The position numbers and the translations under genes are program-made. From Balanoglossus misakiensis (taxonomy: Eukaryota; Animalia; Hemichordata): 64,000 nt of DNA. How positions within the stretch are numbered: the first letter of the stretch is position 1; the number at the start of each line of letters is the position of its first letter. Under the pieces are notes generated by a model, which was not told the origin of the DNA, did no database searches, and saw only the letters and a program-made list of their open reading frames with translations. The stretch spans positions 12,903,903 through 12,967,902 of the forward strand of contig CM082577.2 in assembly GCA_040954595.2 (NCBI GenBank). Reading direction: 5' to 3'. Below, one piece after another: positions 51,339 to 63,349 of the stretch.

Positions 51339-53682
51339 TTATATTATAGCTTTATCAATACCAGTGAATTTTGTGACGTCATAGCTATACATTATTACTG
51401 ATAATGTATCGTGTTATTACAGTGGACGCGCCCAAGAACTAGCATAATGTATACAATTCTGATGACTAACGTAGGTTTATAAGAAAATTAGAAAATTAAG
51501 GGGTAAAATATATGCAAAATCACAAAATAAAACCAATAATGGTGACAATTATTAATTTCCAAAAACATTTTCTGCGATTTGTGTATTTTTTTCTGCCCAA
51601 CACGACCGACACGCGCTCGACGTAGTCTTCTCGTCGTCTGCTCGCACACAAACAGAACGCAGTTCACCGTATACAACATGGCTCGATTCCTTGATGTTGA
51701 CGAAAACCAACTAAACAACCTTGAAAATGCTAGAAATGAGAAAAAGACTACACAGCAAACGAAGTGGGGAGTACGTGTGTTTAAAGGTATTTACAATTTA
51801 TTTTTCTCGACTGAACTGTGTTTTGTAACACAATTATTATAACCGAGCCGCTGCAGGTCCGAGTCGCAGCCTAGCCAAGTTACGGAGGGCTTTGTTTACG
51901 TATGCAAATTTTTCTCGAGGTCAAATACTAAATCCCCCCCCCCCAAAAAATGAAATCTAACGAAATCTGCAGGTTCATGACTTTATTTTGCTTGTTTTCT
52001 TTGTAGAATGGCTGGATTTTAAGAAATATTCAGGCGATTTTGAACATCTTCCTGTAGATCAGCTAGCAGAGCGCCTCCGCGAATTTTACGCATCGACCCG
52101 TAAGCAAGATGGACAAGAATACGGCAAATCATCATTATCCGGTTTGCGCGCTTCGCTCCATCGTCATATTACCGGCCCCCCTTACCACCGTAAAATCAAT
52201 ATTATGCACGATAGAGAATTCCAAGTCGCGAATTACGTTTTCCGTGGTGTCATCAAAACTATGAAGCAAGAAGGGAAAGATACGACAACCCACAAGCAAC
52301 CTATCAGCACCGGCGATTTAGCAAAGCTTTCGACGTCCCCGATATTTTCAGTTGCGAGCAATGTTGGACTCCAACGGAAAGTTTGGTTTGACCTCATGTT
52401 GCACTTTGGTAGAGGAGGTCGTGAAGGTGTAAGAAATTTGACCAAGTCTTCCTATGTTATCGAAAGAGATGACATCGGTCAACGATACGTGAAGTACACG
52501 TTCAACGAAAAGGTCAAAAACCATGCCGGTGGTGCAGACGACAATTACACCTGTCACGCCAGAATGTATGAGACAAAAACACCCCGCTGTCCTGTTGCAT
52601 CATTTCAAAAGTACATTGGTTTATTAAACCCTGCCAATAATTCACTGTTTCAACGCCCGAAATCCCCATTCAACCCCGAAGAGTCTTGCTGGTACGTAAA
52701 CGCGCCGATTGGCGAATGTACCCTAGGTTCGCTTATGAAAACACTGAGTAAGGAAGCAGGATTGTCTAAGATGTACACTAACCATTGTATCCGGGCCACC
52801 ACCTGCAAACTTCTCGATGATGCTGGATTTGACACACGTCACATCATGTACGTTAGCGGTCATGTGAATGAAGCCAGCGTCAAAAGTTACTCGAATCAAC
52901 CTTCCACTGGCCAACAACGTCAGCTGTCGTCGTGTCTCTCAGACAGCGTTTATGGAAACGGCCGCGGTCGTGTTCGCGAAATCCAATCTCATGCCACCGG
53001 TAAATCCAGTGAAGCTTTTTGTCCGCCGGGTCCTGTCGAGAATAGTCTCGAACAACGACAACAACCGGTTTCAAATCCATGTAACATAGATCAACAAACC
53101 GTGGTTTCGACGTCAATGTCAGCGTCCCGCCACAATCACCTCTCCAGTATGTTCGCGAACTGTACCTTTCAAGCGCCCGTATACGTGACCTTGTCAGGTA
53201 ATCCCGCACCCCCCGCGAAGGACATGACTGAAGAATAATTTTTTTCGAATTTATCTGTGAACTTTACATGAATTTTCAAATGTTTTTACAATCTCCGGCA
53301 TTTTAAGGTATTGTTGTTTAATGTTAATAAAAATTGTTTTCGATACTGTCGATATCATATTGTTTGTGTAGGAAGTGATTGTATGGTTCACGATGTTGTG
53401 CAGTGTTTCAGGCTGTATTGAGAATTCAGATTCAGGGCCACAGTGAATGCCGGCGGCTCGCGTTAGTGCTGCTACGGGTTTTTATTTATGTTTTTGACGT
53501 CTGCAAATTCACTGGCATTGACAAAACTATAAAATAATAAGAATAATGTGCCCCTCACAGACCCATAATGGACTCAAGCACACATTGTACTCCATAATAT
53601 ACTCGGCTTCGCCTCGTATATTATGTCGTACAATGTGTGCTTTCGTCCATTATGGGTCTGTGGGGGGCACATTATTCTCTAA
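51339..53682 (+). mobile_element. Crypton (tyrosine-recombinase DNA transposon), apparently full length
   Basis: Empty site ttaattaacaataacaggc in the other units, with no TSD. Left 43 bp (51339-51381) is inverted at 53495-53537. Terminal hairpin at 53540-53678. Contains a YR gene. Confidence 0.88.
51678..53238 (+). CDS. Crypton tyrosine recombinase (DUF3504; ZMYM/KCTD1/QRICH1-related), 2 exons, ~446 aa
   Basis: Exon 1 51678-51786 (MARFLDVDE..KKTTQQTKWGVRVFK, G|gtat) and exon 2 52007-53238 (ttgtag|AA TGG). Motifs FYASTRKQDGQEY, GLQRKVWF, HFGRGGREG, EKVKNH, CPVASF, WYVNAPIG, YTNHCIRAT, SGH, SVKSY. Confidence 0.9.
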
Positions 53683-54438
53683 ATAGCAGGTAAAGAAAAC
53701 AGTTCATAATCTCCCTGTATATTGGTTAGAATTCTTAACCAGAGCATCTCGTCAGTTTGTGATGAGAAATTGGTGATGTGTGTAACCTTTGATATATAGA
53801 CTACTGAATCACGTGTTTACAAATACCAATCAAAACGATGTACGTTATTCATGGTGCACACGGCCAAATGTCCAGGTGGATGAGACCATGCTTTGTTTAT
53901 GAATTCTCAAGGTGGGAAAATGCAACGTTTTCACTTTAATTTGCCTTTACCGAAGGTGGCTGCCATATGCCTTAGCGGCAAAGCTTTGTTATTGATCAGG
54001 TTAAAACGTATTTAAGTAGATTTTTCAGTTACCCTTTTACTGTATGTGTTGTGTTGAATATAAGTGATGATGTTCAATTATATACAGGCAATTTTCCTTG
54101 TATGTATATAGGAATTATGTACCTGCAAGTCAAGATTAAGTAGTACGCATGCTCAGTTACTCTCACATGACCAACGTTTAGCCAATCAGGGAAGGCCACC
54201 TTTCGCCGTGCGGCTCCGTACTTTTACAGGCGGCACTGCTCGTACACGCTGCTTTCACTTTGTCATAGCAGTTTGCTTTTCACCCACCCTCCCATCCCTC
54301 TGCTTTGTAGTTGCTTGACTTTTTACAATGTCATCTTTCATGACGTGCTTGTATATTTGCTTGTCTTTCGCATTTTTAATACATGTATGGGGGCAGTAGA
54401 TGTAGATTTATAGTTAGTGATGAGATTCTGTAGTTTAA

Positions 54439-54779
54439 AGCGCCTAGCTCGTCTCACACGCATGTTCCAGCTGTAGCCGCCGGTTACAGACGTTTAGTGA
54501 ACAGTCAATCCCATAAGGCTGTGCTCTGTCCTAACAACAGAGTAGATGGCGGCGACCATAATCTGTGTCGGAGATCGTGAAAAGACACTAGCTTGGGTGA
54601 AAAGGAGGGACAAAACCAGAATCTACTTATACGGTGCACATGAAATATGGAAGGAAGCGATGGCAGTCCACTATTTGAATGCATAGAACGGAAAATTTGC
54701 TAAACATTTGCTGGCTACACACAGGGAAAACTGTCGTGGAGGGAAGTTACGCGCGTGCGTGTGAGACGAGCTAGGCACT
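54439..54779. mobile_element. Kolobok-type non-autonomous element with a coding remnant
   Basis: ttaa|agcgcctagctcgtctcacacgca ... tgcgtgtgagacgagctaggcact|ttaa. Internal frame KRRDKTRIYLYGAHEIWKE..FAKHLL with a stop. Confidence 0.75.
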
Positions 54780-55094
54780 TTAATAAAGCCTCCCTGACAC
54801 CTGATGAGTTTTGTGTGGTTTAAAAATTTGTCATCCCAGCTTAGTAGATGCACTGTAATTCCAATAAAATCACAGTTAACAAATAGCAATAACTGTTTAA
54901 CAATATTTGTGCCATGAAATCTCTCATGAGTAAAGTTTGAAAATGTCACATTAAATAATTTGTGCACACTTGGCGAGGTGTGAAAAATTATTTAACAAAA
55001 AAAAGCGTCGGCATCTGAAATGTTGCCCCAGGCTGCCATGTTCGCTATGATGTGCGGCAAAATAATCCAAGTAGAAACCTTATATATTACTAAC

Positions 55095-55185
55095 CAGGCA
55101 ACCAATCGTTATATAGGCCATCGTCGTCTGCGTTTGCTGGCATCAGAGACAAACACAACGCCGCAGTTACAAGTGTGAGAAGCAT
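55095..55185 (-). CDS. Putative first exon encoding a signal peptide; downstream exons not identified
   Basis: MLLTLVTAALCLSLMPANADDDGLYNDWLP followed by phase-1 donor G|gttagt. Confidence 0.4.
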
Positions 55186-56232
55186 TCTCGTTGAGGTAGG
55201 ATTACTGCAACAAACCTTCGATAAAGTTCCAACTGAGGGAAATGGCATCGATATTACTACATTTAACAAAATAACGGGCACGGGACAAAAAGTCACATGA
55301 TCAATTTAGCCAATTAGACTACTAGTCATAACACCTACATACCTTCCAAAGCACGGCTTGTGTAGATACGAGATAACACTATCAAAAACTATGCACAGTC
55401 TGTTAGATTTTCCATGGCTATACTATATCTAAATTAGTTGGGTGTAACGTGGATTCAGAGAATACCCGCATCGATCATTACTATAGACGCCCATTGACAA
55501 CGTTTCAGCTTTACCGTGAATGGGTTGTGGGATTTACACCACAATAGGCGGGGTGTTGTAACAGAATGACAGTCCTTCGCATATACATCAAAGACATCCG
55601 GAATAATCTACCAACCCCTAACAATTATGGCAACGCGCAGCCTCATTACTGTGACGTCATTGATAAAACCTCCCATTATTTATACTGAAGGTGACCTACT
55701 AGTATATTATCATATGATTAAATTATCACGAACTTCCAATGCCGCCTGACCTGGATAAAACGATTAGCGCCCGTTTTGAAAACTAACCATAAAAACGCTA
55801 AAATGTCATCGTCATCATTTTCTGTAAATCACATCTATTCAATACAATATGTGAGGGACATTGATTCACCTGAATGAACTTTGTCCTTGGACCTGTAATG
55901 TTCAGGTTGGCAATAGCTGGGCAACGATAACATTTTTGTAATCTTCATCATAAGTTGCGTCAATTCTCTGTAATTCAGGTTAGGGAAATGCACATCTGGT
56001 AATCCCTATCACAATTTTGATATATACACGGGTTCCTTATATTTGATATCTCACATACTTATCTCCGCGAACGTTATCAATCGCACGTAGCCGATGTCTC
56101 TGAAGGGGTGAAGGGGTGTCTCCGTTTACACCATATTATTTGCTTTCTTGGTAATCCTGGTGTCAAATTGCAGAAAATCTCCCAAGGCCAGGTAGTGTTT
56201 TCAATTACATTCAGTTGATACATATCTATATA

Positions 56233-56472
56233 GGCCGTTCACATTACCCCAAAAGGCTAGGCCCTTGTCCTAGCAAGGTACGTGCAAAAACAGGTGTGAA
56301 CGGATCTGGCCGTCCCTTGTCCGGACAATTTTGGTCCCAGTCGAATGGGATGGTTTGTGTTCTACTCTGGTCCGACTCTGGTCCCAGCCGGTTGTGTGTG
56401 GACACATTTGTCCGACTGTGGTCCTAGGCAAAACTAGAAATCGGACTTACAATGAATCATTGTGAACGCTTT
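56233..56472. mobile_element. Possible degenerate Harbinger-like MITE
   Basis: ggccgttcaca ... tgtgaacgctt imperfect TIRs and internal ggtcc/tccgac repeats. No empty site is available. Confidence 0.3.
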
Positions 56473-56936
56473 TAAGTATGTGTATTATATTCAGAATGCC
56501 TTCGTGACCTGATTCACCTGACAGACGAGGGCTTAGTTTGAAAATCAAAATTAGCAGATCTGTATGTGGCCGTATCCCTATGCCTGCGGCATGGAGGGAT
56601 ACGGCTCATAGGCCTATACGGGGAATCACTCGTCCGCGAGTCAGGCACACTTGTTCGAAATACGGGGTATTATATATGAATACTATAAGCTTAATTTGTC
56701 ATTAAACATCAGCAACATTAATCACGATCATATCTATACAGGGCGATTAAACCTCCATTTAGGTTGTCTGCTATAGAACTAAGTTTTCCCACAACCTTTA
56801 TACAGCAGTGGCCGCTTTTCTGTTCATTAATAACAAGATAAACCTGTGTCACAGATGGAGTATGTGTTCATCCGTCTCATTATTTCCCGGACACAAAGAC
56901 CCATTTCATTGCCCGTGCAACGTAAAACGCAAAACC

Positions 56937-59295
56937 ATGTTGACGGCTGCTTCTCTCGTGGCGGTCTTTGTACTGTTTGCCTCGTCAAACGCAGAAGCCT
57001 CCAAAATCGTCGAAAATGTTGACATACCTCGTACTCGCGGTAAGTTTTTTTACATCCTCTTAGAGGTTTTATTATCAAACTGGTTAGAGGTACAGGCAGT
57101 GCTCATGTATTTCTTCAATTACATGATGTGCTATAGGGAAGGAAATTGACGAAGTAAATATTAAAATTAGGACATGGAAGTTGAAAATAGTTATCTATGT
57201 GCCAGTATGTGAAGAACCAATATATTTACGCGTTTTACTTGACTTCAATCTTCAAGAGTAAGAGAGAAAAAAATCAATCATATGCTATTGGAAGTCGTTG
57301 CCAGATAAATACAAACTATGGGGTAAAATGATATCGTGTGTCAAACAGTCGCGAAATAAAGGAAACGAGAGGCTCCACCTGGCTGTAATTATGGAATATA
57401 AATTTGACGTCTGGTATAAAGTGGTCAAATACAAACAAGCAACAATCATGTATGTATAAATGCAGTACAAAGGAGGACAGCCCAGCGAACGTTCTTAGTT
57501 GAATGCGCATGCGTAAGTGAGTTTAATTTGACGGTGAATCATTTGGGTTTTGTACAGCATTTACTTATAGAACTTTCGCTAGCTCTAACATTTCTCCCCT
57601 GTGAATATAAAGCTATCTTTATCAACCGTTTCTAATATAAGCCACAACAACAATTAACAAGTTGCAACTGATAGAGTGATTTCTGTATTTCAACAAACAG
57701 AAACGGCAAATGTGAGTGGCGTTGTCTTCACAAGATGGGCCCATACAGAATGTGCAGAACCAACTAAGCTTGTTTACGCTGGTAAGTGACTTTAATGACA
57801 ACATTTTACGTAAGCTACAGTATTAGTTTCCTAGACTTGTTCCAAGTCTATGGGCTTCATTATGTGTAGGAAGGGCTTGGTCGACGCAACCCGAAACCAC
57901 AAGCTCAGTCCCAAATTCGAAACTCACCTCACTACCAAAAACACGCTCAAGGCAAGCATGCACGCAAAAAAGTATTGCAATTATTTATTACAAAGACAAA
58001 AAACCACCGAAAACGCACAAAGTATTGAGATTTCAAAATCACCAGGCGACTAGTGGGCTAGTCTAAGCATTAGTAAAAAAATATGATATCCACTGAAATC
58101 ACCCAAGAAAACAAACTACTCTCCAAATAGAGCATAGGGTTAAGCTCTTACCCATGTTCAACATATAACGTACAGTGTTTCAATAACATAAATAGAACGT
58201 GGACTAACGTAATCGCTTTTTGGCACAAAATATCACATTCCAGGGCAAACATAATTTTGGTTGTCTCAAAACTATATGCCTGGACGTTTCTCATGAATGG
58301 GCAAAACATTTAAAATAAAGACACCCTCATACACGTAAATATTACTTTGCCAACATATGTATTAAACTAAGGTATAGATTACATTAAACCATGTGACCAT
58401 GCTGAAAGCACTAGTATCTCAAAAATGTCCCAACTATTAGTTATCGATTTTCTTCGGGTTCCTCTATTAAGCCATTTGAGGGGACAGTTTGACTAGCGTA
58501 ATTTCACTTGGCGACGGTGAGCACAACGAGATAATTTCGCTTTAGCATGCTGATTTTCGCGCCTAGCTGAGTAAGTACCGGTGTTTATATACGACATAAC
58601 AATACCCGTTTGAATGTAAAATTAATCATGAAAAAAAAGCTTTAGTAAGTGATATCAATAAGGTCGCCTGGTTCAGTAAAATCAATACATTACTTAATGT
58701 ATGTCCACAAAGTAGTTGACGTTCCATACCATGGCCCGGCTTTAATCAATATGTGATTTTGCGTTGCGAGGACAATGTAATTGACGATGACTTGTTCTGT
58801 TTTCAAGGTGTCATGGTTGGCAAAATTTATAATGAGGCTGGTAATGGTGGTGGTCACATGTGTGTACCGTACGTGCCGATATATGATATGGATGTTGTTG
58901 AACCCGGCGTACAGACCGATCGCAGCTACATCTATCATGTAGAATATCGCGGCGGAGGAACTGGTCCTTTTGCGGAAATCCAGAATCAGGACATACCCTG
59001 TGCTGTCTGTCTGGACGACTTCCACAGTAATTCCATATTGTACCCGGCCAGAAACGACTGTCCAGACGGTTGGGACATTGAATATCACGGCTATCTAATG
59101 TCGGCCAGAGGTGATCACAAAACGACTGAAACTGTTTGTCTTGACATAGCGGGCAGAGTCGTACCTGGATCAGAAACAAAGATTGCGAGTGCACTTTTAT
59201 TTTCTGTTGAGAGCATGTGTCCAACGGCCAGTGGAATTCCGTGTGGGCCCTACGTCCATGGCAATGAAATGACATGTGCAGTATGCGCAATTTGA
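56937..59295 (+). CDS. Secreted short-chain collagen C4-like domain protein (no Gly-X-Y), ~223 aa, 3 exons
   Basis: Exons 56937-57039 (signal peptide MLTAASLVAVFVLFASSNA), 57701-57781 (GVVFTRWAHTEC..LVYAG) and 58808-59295 (GGGHMCVP..IPCAVC..CPDGWDIEYHGYLM..VES.C..PCGPY..EMTCAVC). All introns are phase 1. Confidence 0.85.
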
Positions 59296-59356
59296 AAAGG
59301 CAAAGCTTAACTGAGATATATCAAATAAATAAAATTAAATAAATAATTACATAATG

Positions 59357-59431
<75 letters not shown>

Positions 59432-59578
59432 TCACTACGTGCGTCTCAAAATGTTCCTCACATAAAAAATGACGAATAGCGACTCCAACAATGAGTTCTA
59501 ATTTAGTTGAAGTTTCGACGAACAACAAACGGTGATTGATTACTTGATTGATTGATTGATTGATTGATTGACTGATTG
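59357..59578. repeat. (ATTG)n microsatellites (two tracts)
   Basis: ttgattgattga.. at ~59357-59431 and ~59533-59578. Confidence 0.95.
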
Positions 59579-60138
59579 CCAATTAATTAGTTAATTATTT
59601 AATTAATTGGTTGTTAATCAATCTATCTAATCAGTTAATATCACAAATTGACGTTGTTGCTTTACCTTCCCCTTCCCCATCTAATGAGAGGTTAGTTCAT
59701 AGAATTACCAAGCTTGCAAGATTGGTGTCGCCCCTACAATTGCCGTGTAACAACCCACGAGTGACCCGTGATCCGAACAATAGGATTTGACAAGTTGCGG
59801 GGCCCACTTTTCCTATTGAATGAAAAGGTCATGCGGAAACCAGTCATACATAAGGTTTTTGTGTGCGTGCATGTTCCAGCCACCAATACATCAAGTATCT
59901 TGCATTTCAATGTTAATCTAGCCTAATAACCCTAATCCGCCTAGTAGAACTGGAATCATTTTCTGTAATCAAAACAGTCAATTGCAGAGTTGTACGTCAT
60001 ATCCTCTTCAATTAAAACTACCATTGAATGTCAGGGTCTTCTAGAGTTTCTTTTTTTTTTGGAAAAAAAGAGCGGAAGATCATCTAGCGTACCAGACTTG
60101 TTGGCGGGATAATGAAACAGAAGCAAACACGTCATTGA

Positions 60139-60641
60139 AGGCACATAAGCTGCAACTCTTGGGATAATTATCATAATTTTCGTTTCAAACTGTACTACCA
60201 TTAGTCAATGCACATGAAGGCAGAGAACTAAACACAAGCATTATAAACCTTAAATATGAGTGCATATGCAAGTTCTAAGCAGATAAATAATAAAGCTTTG
60301 CCGCAAGCATTTATGGCCGCCACCGTGGGAAAATGCAAAAAACAACGAAAATGTTGCATTTCCGGTTATGAAACTTTATAAACAAAACATGATCTCATCC
60401 ACTTGAGCTCATGGAAGTAAATGTACACCGCTGAGACATTATATTTTCCCTTTTCTTCCGATATTGCACTTTTTTAAAAATTGCAGGAATTTTCGTTTTT
60501 CTTCAATTTTTGGCCATTTTGTCATAAATAAGTGTTGAGCTTGATATATTATCATGAAATATCATTTAATAGACATGATTAAAAGCATATATGAGATTAT
60601 TTAAAACTTTAATTTTTTGTCCAGTTACAGCTCATGTGCCT
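60139..60641. mobile_element. Kolobok-type MITE
   Basis: ttga|aggcacataagctgcaact ... agttacagctcatgtgcct|ttaa (imperfect TIRs, one TSD mismatch). Confidence 0.65.
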
Positions 60642-60908
60642 TTAATGTCCCGAATTTTCCACGATTTACTACGGACGCGAAGAAAGGAAAAGTTTTATCC
60701 GTGGCGGCAGCGTAGCATTCACCGAAACATGAAATTGGCGATTGTTCGACTTTTTATGTATAGAGGGAAGGGAGTAGTTATCAGACACACGCATTATACT
60801 TTTTAAACGTAACTTGTGCATTTTAATGTACCCGCCAATGAATTAAACACCAATGTGCAACGCACATTGAAATACAATAGCACTTGGCTGTAATCTACAT
60901 TTGTATAT

Positions 60909-63207
60909 TTAAATTGAACAGATTGCACATGAGAGTTCATAGCCATTGACGTAGGGGGCGCACGGCAGCCCACTGCCAGAAACGCAGACATTTTCGACGG
61001 GGTAGAGGTAACCTGAACTGGCGGTAGCAGGGGACGTCCCACTCAAGACTTTGCCGGACACGTCAACGCAAACAAACTCGGATGTTGTCTCACTATATTT
61101 AGACGCCATTAGGTAACCATAATACTCTCTGGTCCAACCACTAGGGCAGTCATCCCGAGCTGGGTACAAGATGTAGTTATTGCGAAACTCTTGGAGGCAC
61201 ACTGCGCAAGGGACGTCATGGTACCTGTTGGAGCTTAGCGGCCCACTGCTACCACGGTATTCAACTGTGTAAATATAGCTACGATCTGTCTGATGACCAG
61301 CAACAACAACTGTGTCGTCATATTTGGCCATTTCTGGTAAACACAGATAGTTTCCACCATTCCCAGCATGGTTATAATAGGATCCTGCCATGATCCCTGG
61401 AATTGATAATTGTAAATGTGATTCAATATTAGCAGCCTTTGAAATAAATGACCCTCCCTCCCTCCATCCCTCTCTCGCCCATTTATCGAGTGTCCATGAC
61501 CTAGGTAAGTGAGATTCGAGTAATTACTATGGAGGCTTCGATTTCATTATAATTTATTGTCAAACTTTCAGCAGTACGACCATTGCGAATCTGGTGACCG
61601 GAAGTATGGCTTTTGAGCGATGGGTCTTGTATCGCACTTCCGGTATACAGTCCACATAGCGCGCATGCGAGATTCGCGACTTATGGGTGTGTGACCACAG
61701 TCCAATTTCTTTGCCTTCTAACGTAACTCTGCAACATAATCCCCGTCAATCAATGGTATGCACAGGATTGTACCGGAAGTAATTCTTTAAAAAAGGTTGA
61801 CAGAGGCATATTGATAGAAAAGACGAGTCCAATTTTCCAGTTTCAAAGTGTTACCTCCTCAGCACACCTTTGGAGGTAATACTAGCAAAACTAAAAGTGC
61901 GCGAATGTCAGTTTGTCTCACCTTTATAAACTAACTTTGTTATGCCAGGACATGAACTATGACCCCAGCGTGTGTACACCACACCAGATCCGTTGTTCTC
62001 TGCAAGAATATAAGAAGAAAAACAATTTTCTCAAAAGCAATCCTATGTATGTATGTATGTATGTATGTATGTATGTATGTATGTATGTACGTACGTACGT
62101 ATGTATGTATGTATGTATGTATGTATGTATGTATGTATGTATGTATGTATGTATGTATGTATGTATGTATGTATGTATGTATGTACGTACGTACGTACGT
62201 ACGTACGTACGTACGTACGTATGTATGTATGTATGTATGTATGTATGTATGTATGTATGTATGCATGCATGCATGCATGCATGCATGCATGCATGCATGC
62301 ATGCATGCATGCATGCATGCATGCATGCATGCATGCATGCATGCATGCATGTATGTATGTATGTATGTATGTATGTATGTATGTATGTATGTATGTATGT
62401 ATGTATGTATGTATGTATGTATGTGTATGTGTGTGTATGTGTATGTGTGTGTGTGTGTGTAATATGTATGTATGTATCTATGTATGTATCTATGTATGTA
62501 TCTATGTACGAAGTATGCGGTTCGACTAGGCCGATACAAAGTGTTCAATACAAAAGTTGAGCGGAGTATTAAGTAGGGTACCGTAGTAGGAGAAACAAAA
62601 GGCGGTAACATCTCTATGTATGAATCTATGTATGTATCTAATACTGCATACGTACGGCTATACATTTGAGTAGGTGTAGACTTTGAGTTTGTTCTCCATA
62701 TGTTCAGAATCTAGGTTTTGTCGTTTAGTTAAACTGTAGAAATTTACCTCGTGAACATTCCTCCTGTGGATCACCAACTGTACAGTATTCCCAACGCACC
62801 GCTGGATCGATGGTGTAACACCAGGGTTGTGTAGCTCCGTCCATGTTGCGGCAGTAATTGTGATCACCAAGACCGTGGTTTGGGTAATTGTCCGGTGTGG
62901 TTGTGTGTTCGTGTGGAGACTGTGACGTCCAGTGCTGACAAGTTCGACCCGTCCTTGTCGTAGATACCGTGCCTCGGTAGTCGGAGCCATCGTCTCGGGT
63001 GTAACATTCACTACCTGTGAGAATGAATCAATCGAGCCTCGTGTTAAACAGTGATAAATGCCACTGACGGTAAAGATGGAAATACAATGAAAAATAAACG
63101 CGAAGGTATGAATTGAAGTCATCTTTACAACTTTAATTTAACAAAAATTGTCACGCACAACGGGAAGGTATTGTGGAGGGTATCGCACATTTTCAGCGAA
63201 AATGGAA

Positions 63208-63248
<41 letters not shown>

Positions 63249-63275
63249 ATGCGCGCACACACACACACACACATG

Positions 63276-63349
<74 letters not shown>

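Larger units (their letters stand above)
1..54060 (+). repeat. Tandem segmental array, five head-to-tail units of ~10-16 kb
   Basis: Anchor agcgtagcgcagc..ggggcaggggaccagactaaaggatcgg recurs at ~1, ~10778, ~20612, ~31044 and ~47048. Near-identical ORFs recur at 210/10860/20821/31253/47131 and at 1635/12473/22325/32765/49142. Confidence 0.97.

Noticed and set aside
51988-53238. Cellular ZMYM/KCTD1/QRICH1 gene or bacterial integrase contamination
   Set aside because: It is absent from four paralogous sites, bounded by element ends, has a spliceosomal intron, and lacks zinc-finger/BTB regions.
1-54060. Array as a pure assembly artefact
   Set aside because: Units differ by many substitutions and by copy-specific insertions with clean TSDs. 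The exact copy number still needs long-read confirmation.
56569-56606. Small GC-rich hairpin gccgtatccct..agggatacggc
   Set aside because: Isolated, and could not be tied to element boundaries or an RNA family.
57305-57430. Candidate exon 2 of the plus-strand C4-like gene (YKLWGK)
   Set aside because: 57701-57781 matches the family motif and the paralogue's exon much better.
57832-58064. Possible TAG..CTA Academ-like element
   Set aside because: The TIRs are short and mismatched, with no convincing TSD and no empty site.
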